From contig JALJEE010001281.1 in assembly GCA_023231475.1 (NCBI GenBank), forward strand, positions 62,001 through 85,684: a stretch of DNA of 23,684 nucleotides, given 5' to 3'. Both the position numbers and the translations under genes were made by a program. The notes below the pieces were generated by a model. That model was not told the DNA's origin, ran no database searches, and worked only from the letters and a program-made list of their open reading frames with translations. This document shows positions 1 to 11,120 of the stretch, piece after piece (the stretch's first letter is position 1; each line of letters begins with the position of its first letter). Source of the stretch: Seison nebaliae (taxonomy: Eukaryota).

Positions 1-1
1 A

Positions 2-1085
2 TCGATAAAAGACAAAGTGGAAAAAGTGAAAGAAGAGAATGTGCAAACGTCCCGACCAACCATTGACAAGATCTCCATGATTCTTACCAAAAATTTCAAT
101 CAGCCAATTGAGAACGTGAAGAAAATGAAAGAGAAGATTGGTGAGGATTCAGCTAAAGCAACCGTATCCAATACGATGGAAGACACGAGATATAAAATGT
201 ATCTCGCCAAATACAACAACGACAAAGGAGAAGAATATTTGTTCGTCTTTTTTCTTCCTCACACACTTTCATTCAATCCTCTAGAAATAAAGTTGTTAAT
301 AACAAAGAGAAATTGAATAATATCAGTGAAACGACGGAAGAAATTAGAGAAGAATTCGACGAACAGAAAGAACACGTCTCGGCTGTTCTAGGGAAAGTGT
401 CGAATGATGAGCAATCGACAAATGTTTCCTTTTCTTGTTTTTAACGAAAAATTTCAAATATTTCCTTCTCATTAAGATTCGAGAAATGATATTAAATCAT
501 CAACAAGAATCGGCTTCTCTCACTCGCAAAGTCGAAGATTTGAAACGGAAAGTCACCCTACTGAAAAGAGATAAAGGAATCATCGCGAAGAATACCGTTA
601 CTTCTCAATCATCCATGGACAACACAGGAAAAGTAACGGAACAACTAAATAATGTTCATATTTCATTTAAACATTTCTCATTATAATTCTTTCCAATTTA
701 GGATATGGAAGAAACGGAAGAAAATTTGAGTAAAACGTTTGGATTGTTTGGAGAGAAGAGAAGAGACGTTCAACCGATTCGAACGAAAATTAATTTGTTA
801 AGGAAAAATTTCGTTCGAGTTAAAGAGAATTACGAGAGTTGGCTACAGAAAATTACGGGTTAGTTTCCATAAAAAACTTCTATATGAAAAAAATGTTTAA
901 ACAAATTTTAAAAAAATCTTCTAAATTCAATTTGTCAATTTGCAGATTATAAGAAGAATTTCCATGAAAATTCCAAACATATGGAACGGAATAAAGTGAA
1001 TTATCAGAATTTAATTGATCGAGCAAAGAATGCGAATGAGATCATCTCAAGTAAACTACTTCGAACGGAATGTGAAGCTAAATGA
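2..1085 (+). CDS. 3' part of a spliced gene encoding a long coiled-coil protein (5' end outside window); C-terminus loosely resembles a laminin beta/gamma chain tail
   Basis: Exons <2-240, 285-423, 477-653, 702-858, 946-1085 join in frame across four GT-AG introns (241-284, 424-476, 654-701, 859-945). The product is K/E-rich and heptad-like and ends ...YQNLIDRAKNANEIISSKLLRTECEAK*. The laminin idea rests only on a coiled coil with one Cys near the C-terminus and is weak inference. Confidence 0.75.
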
Positions 1086-1427
1086 GAAATGGGAGGAATC
1101 TTTGAATATTTCTGTAAATAAAACGTTTTTCCAACCTGTCCACAATCCAACCAACTTATTTAACTGTGACGATGAATTGAAAGATATTTATGAATCAGTC
1201 GATTAAACGATTCCGAGTGATTGAGTCAATTTCATTTCAATTCACAAATTAACAAATATGAAAACCTAAAATTTCTTCCATTTCAGGAAAAGATTTTATA
1301 TCAACTTCTCTCCCCCTCTCTTTCTCTCTCTCTATCTCCAAAACAATCCAATTCTCTGAGATGAAATCAAATAAACAATTGGTGAGAATTTGAAATGAAC
1401 AAAAAGCATTTATTAGAAATGATAATA

Positions 1428-3667
1428 TTAATCATTCGATTTATATTTTTGAAAACGTCGATATCGATCCGCGTTAATTCCATAAGCCGATAATCGATCA
1501 TCCGTAATTTTTAATCGATTTTTCGAATTTGATTTGAAATTTTTCTCTTTTTTCTTCTTTTCTTTTTTTCTCGAATTATCCTCATTCATCTTTATTCCAT
1601 TTTCTTCTTCCATTCTACTTCTTTTTAATAAAATCTTTTCATCTTCTTCTTTCTCATCATCATCATCATCAACAACAACTTTCTTCTCCATCTCTTCATC
1701 ATTCACTTCCGATGATTCAACTTTCTTCTTATGATGTCGTTTTCTCTTCTTTTTCTTCTTCTTTTCGCTTGTCGTTTCAGATTCTTCTGCTATAATTCTG
1801 AGAAAAAAAATTTTTTAACAAAATTAGAAAAAAGTTTTAAGAAATTGAATACCAAAAAATATTTTGAGGAAAAAGTTTTGAGAAAGAAATTTGAAATAAC
1901 TTTTCGGCAATTTTAGTTTCAATTTCTTCCTCTTTATTTTCATTTTCTGCCTTATTTCCATTCTCTTCTTCTTCTTCTTCTTCAACGAATAGTGATGGAA
2001 GTAATCGTTTCTTCAACTTCAAATTTTTACTTTTTTCTTCATATTGTCGCTTCTCATTCAGTTCGATATGTTTGGAACTAAAAATAATTAAAGTTGAAAT
2101 AATTTAAAGACACGAACGTTGATCTGGTGGATTTCTTCAAAGATACCCAACCATTCAATTCTTTATCGTTGGCCAAAAGAATCTGAAAGAACGAAATTTG
2201 AATTGATATTATTTTTATTATTTATTTTATTATCTAAAAATGAACTTCTTCGATCGTCAAACCATAAGTGCTGGGAAGAACTGGCCGATATTTGAAATTA
2301 CTTTTCTCTTCGGTTTTTTCCTTCACATTCTCAAATTCTTCAATTAATTTAACAGTTCTATCGTCTTCTTTCAATTTTGAGGAATGTTTCTCAAGAAACT
2401 TCTCGTCTTCTTCCACTTTATTTTCTGCTTTCAATTTTTTCTCTAATTTCTTTTCTTCAATTGTCAAATTTTTCTTTTTCTTCTTCTTCTTGGTTTCTTC
2501 TTTTGCAACCGATTCGTATTCATCATAATCGATATCATCAATATCGGAAAAAACTGGTTTTTGTTCGTCATCCACATTCTCACTTTTGTTCTTATTTAAA
2601 TAATAATTGTCATCAAATAATCGTTCCATTAATTGATCGTGTTTGTCTGAATCGAAATCGCCATCCAAATCATCGATTTCTAAAGGAATGGAATTCAGAC
2701 CGGAATTCTGTTGAATATTTTCGATCTTCGTCATCAATTCCTTCCGTTTCAACGTTCGCAATCTTTTCATTTCTTCTTTCATCTTCTTTTGTTCATCATA
2801 AATCTTCTTCTTTTTCTCTTTTCGTTTTTCCGCACGATTCTTATTCTCTTGGCGGAGCGAATCGGCCACGTCTCTCGAATGTTTCTCAATTTCATCACCA
2901 TCTTCTTCTTCATGTCGATAATTATATTGATATTCGAATGTTTCTTGTTTTTCCAATTCAGCTTCGTCATCTGATGCCGTCACTAAATTGACGTTAGTAA
3001 ATCGTTCATTATCATCATCTTCATCATTTCCATCATCCTCATCATCATCATTGTCTTCGTTTTCTAAATATTTTCTATCTTTGATATATTTGTGTAAGAA
3101 GAATTGATCGTCTGTTAAAATTTCCTTTAATTTCTCTTCATCTTCATCAACTTCATTTCCATCTTCATCTTCAGATTCCATTTTCTTCTTTATTAATAAA
3201 TCGTCATCATCTTTTTCTTCTTCTTCTACCAATTGATGAAACTTTTTCAAATCTTTTTTCTTTTTCGAATTATATGATTCTGATGAAACTTCTTTCTCAT
3301 CTTCTTCATTCTTCAATAATTGTTCTCGATGATAATCGTGAATACGTAATGGTTTCTCTTTCTTCTTCTCCAACATCTTCTTCTCTTTTTTCTTTGAAAA
3401 ATAATTATCTTTCTTTTTCAATAACGTTTGATCTCTTCGAATAATCTTCTCATGCAACGACAACAACAAACGATCATCTCCTTCTTCGATTGAACTAGCA
3501 TTGTCGGATGATGAAGCGGAATCGGAATCTCCATATTTTGTTTTCAGACGACTCAATTCTTCTTTCTCTCTCGAATTCTCATAATATTTCGCATATGATT
3601 TATTTATTTGGATTTTCGAATCTTTGTCTGATTCATCTTCACGATCATCAAACAGTTTCTTCATCAT
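1428..3667 (-). CDS. KRI1: KRI1 homolog (KRR1-interacting protein, 40S ribosome biogenesis), about 677 aa
   Basis: Exons 3667-2246, 2182-2118, 2077-1901, 1797-1428; introns 2245-2183, 2117-2078, 1900-1798. Recognisable motifs: INKSYAKYYENSREKEELSRLKTKYG, FEYQYNYRHEE, LDGDFDSDKHDQLMERLFDDNYY, FKYRPVLPSTYGLTIEE|ILLANDKELNGWVSLKK, ITDDRLSAYGI. Confidence 0.95.
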
Positions 3668-5800
3668 ATATTCGAATGAAACTGAATTAATTTCCCATCA
3701 AAACTATCCACATTTTTATTAGACTACTCATTTAAATTCTTTCTCCTTTTAAATTTTTTTAAATTAAAATTTTTCTTATTTCATTTCTTTCAAACAGATA
3801 CCGAAGAAGATTTGAAAGAATTGAAAATAATTTAAAACTGAAAGTTCAAACTGAATTTTTTTGAAAAAACATAGAAAATTCGGTTAAGATTTTGAAGAAA
3901 ACTTAAAAGTGCCAAATGGTGTTTGAAGGAAAATTGGAAGTTCCGATTGAATTTTGGAGAAAAACTAAAAATGGCGATAAAGGAAAACGTGAATTTTGAT
4001 TGGCATAATAATTTGGGGAAGTTTGATAATGTTGCCTTCCGGTCGTATGGGAACGAATCACCGTGTTAATGTCCATTTTAATGACGTAATTCGTAGGAGG
4101 CAGGAATAAGTAGAAGTAATAAAACGGATATTAAGGATTTTCTTAGGAAATGTTATTCGACTAATAATTATCATATTTCTGAATGTTTCATTCGTTCTCA
4201 TGGAATTTTCAACGTTAATGTCAACTGTATAATGGGATTTCAGTAGTCTGTCATTGTCGATCGATCTAATCATGTACTGTTTATTATTCATCGGAATTAA
4301 CCTTAACATTCCAACTTGCACATGAACATGTGGAGTCTAATAATTATTATTCAACCATATTCTTCCAATCCCAATACTCCACTCTTCAGAAACGAAGTAA
4401 GACTCACTTCACTCGATTGATGGAGTTACGACGACTAACAATAGTTGACTTCCATTGACTATTAAAGATTAACATGGACATAAAGCGCAGATTGTCGGGA
4501 GCAATCGGGAAGAATGAGGAACGTTTAAATAATCGGTTCGTTAGAGAGAAGACATTCAACTTCTTCCTTTCCTTCAACTTTTTATACTAGTACATAGTTG
4601 TATTTTTCTTTTATTGTATTGTACATTGTTGTGGTGAAGTTCATATGTAAAAGAATGAGGAGGAGAGGGATGAAGGTCACTTTCATCCAATTTGAAATGA
4701 ATAAGTGAATTCTATTCCGAATTACTACCGAATTCCTTTACAATTTCCTTTCTCCTTCTTCCAATCAACTAACAACTAACAACAATAATAATACGATAAC
4801 AAGGGATGATGAAGGAGAATGACATAAGAAACATTTTTTTTTCCTTTTTGAAATAACAGACGACGACAACAACACGACGAGAACGAAAAAGAATAATGAG
4901 GATAAATTTTTTTTCATCCGAAGGAAACGTTTCTGAATAGTAAATATTTGCGGAGGTAAAACAAAAACGAAGTTTATTCGCGCTAAACTTCTCTTATTTT
5001 TCAATTGGATTGCTACATTCATTTTCATCAAAAAACTCTTCATGTTCTACTAAATTCTCCTATCCATTTACTTCCTCCAATGTTCGCGAGGCGATAAGAG
5101 CGTCATGAGAAGAGAAGCCATTGTTGTCGTATTATTAGAAATTTGAGGGGAGGACGAATATTACATAAATTATTTTCTTCTTCTGTTTTCACCTTCACCT
5201 CTTTCGTGTCGGTCCATTAATTACTTAATTCGATTCTACACGTGCTATCGGAGAAAGTTGGACGGAATCGGTCATTCTTTTCGAGAAATGGAAGGGCGTT
5301 ATCCAGAAGAAGAAACTTTAAGTCATTTCTCTCAATTTATTTGATTGATGAACTAATTATTGTCATATTTCTAAGAGTTCACTTTATTCTTCTAGAATTA
5401 TTGTTCATTCATTTTCATTCCATTTACATTCTATTCAATTAATTAAATCTAATTCTCCACAAGCATCAAATTTCAATCAACTTAATTCAATTGAAGAGAA
5501 AATTTAATTTTAATAAAAATTCTCAATTTATATTTTAAAATGATTAAAAATGGAAATTAGATTTTTTAGTTTTCAGAAACAATTTCTATAATCCTTCAGA
5601 CATCTTCATATTCATTTTAAATTCTCCCAAAAAAATTGCCAAAAAAATTTAATTTTCTGATTAATCGAATTATGGAATGTTGAGAAATCGAATAAATCTT
5701 TAGAAATTGGTGAGAACAAACGAAAATGAATGAGAGAATTCTTCTCTCAAAAGAAATTCCACAATAAACTAATAATTTCTCTAGTTTTGTTTAAAAGAGA

Positions 5801-7075
5801 ATGAATCATTCTACTCATATGTCGAAGAATGATGATATTGAGAAGATCATCGAGAAATACAATGACTATTCTCTTTGGCTAAGGAAATATCGTCATTTAT
5901 TCTTAAAATCAGCTACTCCAATTCCAACAATTAAGAATCTCCATCAGAATCCCAGTCAACTTCATCGTTTCAATTCTTTTAATAATCAGAATAAACGAAG
6001 ATCATCTTCTATTGTACATTGTAACAATCAACATGAACAACAACAACAACAGAATTCTTATCAAACTGATTTTTCTTCATCAGATCATTCTCGTCATTTA
6101 TCGACATTGCCAAATGCCTCTGTCACATCATCGATTACCACATCGGGAAATAATTATAGAAATTCATTTTTTCCATATAAACCACCAATCTCACATAATT
6201 CCCGAACGGGATTGATGACGAATAAAAACCGTTCAAAATCCGTTCATCATAATCGTCAAATCTATATTAACGATACATTCAATCCACATCCACAATCCAC
6301 TCAATTTAAACGAAAGAACAGTAAAGATCGTTCGTCTACACACAAATTCCAATTTAATGGTGTCGAATCGTCCAACAAATTATTGGAAGTTATCGAAAAA
6401 CGTAAATTAGAAATGAAAGATAATAATCGACGTCGATACAAGACGAAACGTGATCAACGTTCAACTCATACAGTTATGGAACAAATTAGGAATCAATATA
6501 TTTATGACACAAATAAAATTAACGATACGAATCGATATCGGAAGAACGTGAGTATGTGGAATAGTTTTCAATTCCAACGAGATAATCTTGGAACAGCCGA
6601 TAGCACCGTTGGAAAATTATCATCGCCCAGATCTTCTATTTCTTCCGCCGCCTCCAACACTAATAAAATACAGTCATCATTCTCAAAATCGAATCCTAAT
6701 ATCGGTGTGGAAAACCGTTCAAATCTCCCCAACATATCGAGAGATGTTGGCGGGAAAACGGCAAAGAAACGTGTCAACTTTCTCACTGGCAATAAAGCGG
6801 AAAACCAAAAATTATCTTTAAATTATTGTCAGTCTGCACATCCAACCAGTAAACGCCAAATAAAATCTATTTTGAAAACATGTGGCTCGGTCGACTCATC
6901 GTCATCATTTCCCGTCACTTACAATTTACCTTCGTCCAAAATTCCGCAAGTTGATGAAACATCGAACGGTGATTATTTGGATGAAGCTTATCCAATTATC
7001 AAATTTAGTGCGAACATTAATGAAACCATAGCTCCGACTTATACTGATTCGATGATCGAAATATGGAAAACTTAA
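5801..7075 (+). CDS. Intronless 424-aa Ser/Asn/Arg-rich, probably disordered protein of unknown function
   Basis: A 1275-nt uninterrupted ATG-to-TAA ORF in very AT-rich DNA is unlikely by chance. No domain recognised. Confidence 0.65.
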   Translation: MNHSTHMSKNDDIEKIIEKYNDYSLWLRKYRHLFLKSATPIPTIKNLHQNPSQLHRFNSFNNQNKRRSSSIVHCNNQHEQQQQQNSYQTDFSSSDHSRHLSTLPNASVTSSITTSGNNYRNSFFPYKPPISHNSRTGLMTNKNRSKSVHHNRQIYINDTFNPHPQSTQFKRKNSKDRSSTHKFQFNGVESSNKLLEVIEKRKLEMKDNNRRRYKTKRDQRSTHTVMEQIRNQYIYDTNKINDTNRYRKNVSMWNSFQFQRDNLGTADSTVGKLSSPRSSISSAASNTNKIQSSFSKSNPNIGVENRSNLPNISRDVGGKTAKKRVNFLTGNKAENQKLSLNYCQSAHPTSKRQIKSILKTCGSVDSSSSFPVTYNLPSSKIPQVDETSNGDYLDEAYPIIKFSANINETIAPTYTDSMIEIWKT

Positions 7076-7650
7076 TTTAACGTATTCTATCCTCCACTCG
7101 CTCTCCCATTTTCAATCTTCATTTTGTAAAGGATTTTTATTGAATAGTTGGCAATCTACATTATATATTTCTCCAACAATTTCTTTACACATCGATTTCC
7201 TCATCGTTCATTTCTATCGATATTAATCACTTTATCAATCTCCCAACAAAACTATTCGTAAATTTTAATAAAATTTGTAGATAATTATTTTACCGTTCAA
7301 ACCGTATTGAATATTTCTGAATGATACTGATATTAATGTGAAGTAGTTAAATTTGAGATAATATAAGTTTTCTAAATTTCCGATTATCATCATTATTGAT
7401 AGATATTATTGAATGGGAGATCGATTATTCGAAACTTTTAGAAGAAAATTGATGGTCAATTGACCAGTGAGAAGGGAAATGAAATGAAGAAATGAAAATT
7501 GAAAAAAAAGTATTTTGAGAAATTTGAAGGAAAATTGAGCGCAAAAAGTTCAAACTGAACAATAGGAAATGAGAAATTTGGAAAAAATTTGAGAAGATAA
7601 TGAATGAAATTGTGACACGTCAACTTAATATTGATGAGTCGTTTGTTTGA

Positions 7651-7686
7651 TATAAAAGCGAAGAATTTCTAATTAGAATTTCATTT
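7651..7686 (+). promoter_or_regulatory. Candidate beta-tubulin core promoter (TATA box plus initiator-like element)
   Basis: TATAAAAG at 7651-7658 and TCATTT at 7681-7686, about 30 nt apart and about 245 nt upstream of the ATG. Confidence 0.45.
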
Positions 7687-7844
7687 AGTTTTTCCTTCAT
7701 CTAGAATTAGTAGTTCACATTTAGTAGTAGCAATTTCAATTCATCTTTAGCAAGTAGAAAATACCAGTAGACAAATTCTTTTCTTTTTAACAATTCGTAG
7801 TAATATTTTATTCATCCTACTAGTAGTTTACGTAAAGTAATCCA

Positions 7845-7922
7845 GTTGAGTTTAGTATTTTCTTTCCATTTCAACTAATTCTCATTGAACTTCAATTCAA
7901 TTCTCCATCCAACCTTCATTAG
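7845..7922 (+). other. Probable 5'-UTR intron of beta-tubulin
   Basis: GTTGAG at 7845 (alternative GTTTAG at 7850), then a pyrimidine-rich tract, then TAG ending at 7922, 4 nt before ATG 7927. Confidence 0.5.
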
Positions 7923-7926
7923 GAAA

Positions 7927-9315
7927 ATGCGTGAAATCTTACATATGCAAGTGGGACAGGCTGGTAACCAGATTGGAGCGAAATTCTGGGAAGTTATTTC
8001 AGATGAACATGGTATTGATCCGACTGGTACATACCATGGCGACAGTGATTTGCAATTGGAACGTATCAACGTCTATTTCAATGAAGCCGCTGGCGGCAAA
8101 TATGTCCCGAGGGCTGTTTTGGTCGATTTAGAACCGGGTACTATGGATGCAGTACGAGCTGGCCCTTTCGGACAGATATTCCGTCCCGATAATTTTGTAT
8201 TTGGACAAGCAGGAGCTGGCAACAATTGGGCGAAAGGTCATTACACGGAAGGTGCTGAAATTGTCGATTCAGTTTTGGATGTTGCACGAAAAGAAGCAGA
8301 AGGATGTGATTGTTTGCAAGGCTTTCAATTGACACATTCATTGGGTGGAGGATCAGGATCTGGTTTGGGAACTTTACTTATCTCGAAAATTCGAGAAGAA
8401 TATCCTGATCGAATGATGTGCACTTATTCGATTGTACCATCACCAAAGGTATCAGATGTAGTCGTCGAACCGTATAACGCTACATTATCCGTCCATCAAT
8501 TGGTAGAGAATTCTGACGAAACGTTCTGCATCGACAATGAAGCATTGTACGATATCTGTTTCCGAACATTAAAACTCGTCACACCAACATATGGTGATTT
8601 GAATCATTTAATTTCCGCTGCCATTTCCGGTGTCACTACATGTCTCCGATTCCCTGGTCAATTGAATTCGGACTTGAGGAAACTGGCTGTCAACATGGTT
8701 CCATTCCCTCGTTTGCATTTCTTTATTCCCGGATTTGCTCCATTAACGAGCCGTGGTAGCCAACAATATCGTGCGCTAACCGTACCAGAATTAGTACAAC
8801 AAATGTTCGATGCCAAAAATATGATGGCTGCCTGCGATCCACGTCATGGACGTTATCTCACTGTTGCTTGCATTTTCCGAGGTCGTATGAGTATGAAAGA
8901 AGTGGACGAACAAATGTTGAACATTCAAAATCGTAACAGTTCATACTTTGTCGAATGGATCCCTAACAATGTCAAGAGTGCCGTTTGTGATATTCCACCG
9001 CGCGGCTTGAAAATGTCTTCTACCTTTGTAGGTTAACAGGAAATCATTTCGAATTTAATCTTCATTCTCTCTTCAGGTAATACCACCAGCATCCAAGAAT
9101 TATTCAAGCGAGTAGGCGAACAATTTACCGCTATGTTCCGCCGTAAGGCTTTCCTCCACTGGTACACCGGTGAGGGTATGGACGAAATGGAGTTCACTGA
9201 GGCCGAATCGAACATGAATGATCTCGTATCCGAATACCAACAATATCAAGAGGCAGGCTTAGATGAAGAAGCAGAGAACGAGGAGGAAGAAGAAGGTGTC
9301 GAACAAGATGGTTAG
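7927..9315 (+). CDS. TUBB: Beta-tubulin, divergent isotype, 447 aa
   Basis: MREI start at 7927; exons 7927-9031 and 9077-9315. Removing the 45-nt intron 9032-9076 (GTTAAC...TTCAG) restores [14 protein letters not shown]. Motifs [14 protein letters not shown] and [20 protein letters not shown], with an acidic tail. Confidence 0.99.
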
Positions 9316-9667
9316 ATTATATATACCGGTAGAACGGTAGGAAAAATTTTAATAAACAATTAAAATTTAAAAAAAAGAAAAATTCTAAAACTATTTCAAA
9401 ATGATCTCATTTTATCGATTGTCCCATTACAGTCGTTATTAAACTTTAAAAAGAAAATTTTAAAATTTTCGAATAAAATTTCGCTTTAACTTAAAAACTC
9501 AAAATTTTATCTTCCATACAAAATTAGTTTACATTCTCTTCATAACTGTTTGCATTGCTAAGTAGAAGTAATGAGAAAATAATCATCTGGTGAACTGGAG
9601 AAGAAATATTTTGTTCTGAATACTCGAAAGAATTTATTTATTCTCATTTTGTTTTTATTGGGAAATA

Positions 9668-10825
9668 ATGATTTCTTTAATATTTCATTTCTTATTTTTA
9701 TATCTAATCAATAGCATTAGCTCCGAATCTCGCTTCGTCAACTTTAAGGGTTTTATATGTGACACGGCTGGAATGACTTTAGAATTTGAATATGATGACC
9801 ATTTCTATCTGGAAGTATTGGATGTGGATGACAAAAATTGTTTTAAACAACGTAATGGTACTGACAAAACGATTTTTGTAGACATTCCACAAAAATGTCT
9901 CAAAAAAGATTCTGACAGGTGATCCATTTTCGGTCGTTATTTACTTATTCTTTCTCTTCTTCACTAGTCAGACCTGCTGGATATGCTTCCATTCTCGTTT
10001 CAGTAGCCGATGTTCTCGTTTATGAAAATGTGTTGTCATACTTTGATCTCGTTTGTGAACTAGCTGAAACGGTGGATAAGCCCAACTCGTTCAAAGTCAA
10101 GTTTGCACAATTTTGATAGAAACTAAGAACTGTTGATGATTATTTGAAGAATGTTTAAAGAGAATCCTCATTTCGTCCGTTTAGTAACCGTGGCGGAAAA
10201 TGTTGAAGACTCACTTTCCATGATCTTTACTCCTATTTCATCAGATAAAAACAGCGCGTCCTCTTGTCTCATAGAGAACGAGTCTTATATTTTTTCCTTA
10301 ACTTTAAATTCGAACCGTTAAATTTCTTTTCATTCTTTCACTCCTCTAACAACTATAAAGAATATAATCATTTCAAAATCGAATCGATGAGATATTTTAT
10401 GAATAAGCCACCGAATGCAGAAGCAATTATCTTCGAGAACAGGTTTCTTTTTTAAATTCTCCTCTTAAATTAAAAGTGTCTTTAATTCATCCAGTTGTCC
10501 AAAATGGTCCTACCAATTCGGCGATTGGACAATCGACCAAAAATTTGAATATAAAACTACTTTCTCTCCCATCGACTTGCCCAATCTCCATATTGAGATT
10601 GTCGTCAACGTTTGTAAATTGGCAACTGATCCTTATTGTCATATTCCGGTTGAATTCTTTTATTTCTATTCATTTGTTTCACGAAATTATTTTTTTTAGA
10701 ATAATTGTAAATCAATTCGACGAGATAATGATAACTCGTTGACGGTTGAGATAACAGACAACGCTACAGAAGATCATAAACAACTGAAATTGACTAAACC
10801 TCAGATAATATGCGATTCAAAATAA
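9668..10825 (+). CDS. Secreted zona pellucida (ZP) domain / cuticlin-like protein, about 302 aa
   Basis: Exons 9668-9918, 9972-10100, 10150-10316, 10361-10442, 10495-10648, 10700-10825 join in frame (intron 2 donor could be 10089 or 10101). Hydrophobic signal peptide; ZP-N-like CDTAGMTLEF...C...C...FDLVC; ZP-C-like IIFENSCP and LHIEIVVNVC...C..P..C followed by KSIRR. The ZP call comes from the Cys pattern by eye. Confidence 0.7.
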
Positions 10826-11120
10826 AATTTATTTCGGAATAAATTATACTGATGAGTTCAATTAAATACTTCTTACCTCATCTATGTGATAATCAAAGGC
10901 TTCTGTTGACGATGAAGAAGAATATGAAGAGAATTTAGTAGAGTAGAATAGAGGAGGAAATACGGAAATCTCCCCATGTTCGATAATTGTTAGAGTAAAA
11001 AACAAGGATTATAAAATTTCCTCTTTTTCATGAAAAGGTTAATAATAATAATAAATGACTGAACGATAAAAAATGGTGTAAATTAATTGAATTGATTTAC
11101 TTTTGATCACGATTATCGAC

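Noticed and set aside
1015..1206. 63-aa ORF as the last exon of gene 1
   Set aside because: The phase of intron 859-945 selects a different frame that stops at 1085.
1534..3690. Plus-strand F/S/L-rich ORFs (1534-1734, 2268-2528, 2377-2991, 2711-2974, 3508-3690)
   Set aside because: Antisense shadows of the K/E/D-rich KRI1 coding sequence.
3880..4020. SL RNA or snRNA suggested by the Sm-site-like AATTTTGGA near 3950
   Set aside because: No recognisable leader, donor stem-loop or snRNA structure; the motif is common in AT-rich DNA.
4058..5442. Short ORFs 4058-4321, 4765-5043 and 5242-5442
   Set aside because: No recognisable similarity, compositionally biased, and I could not link them into a spliced gene.
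7885..7926. N-terminal extension of beta-tubulin in the ORF track
   Set aside because: Non-ATG start inside a probable UTR intron; the conserved MREI start is at 7927.
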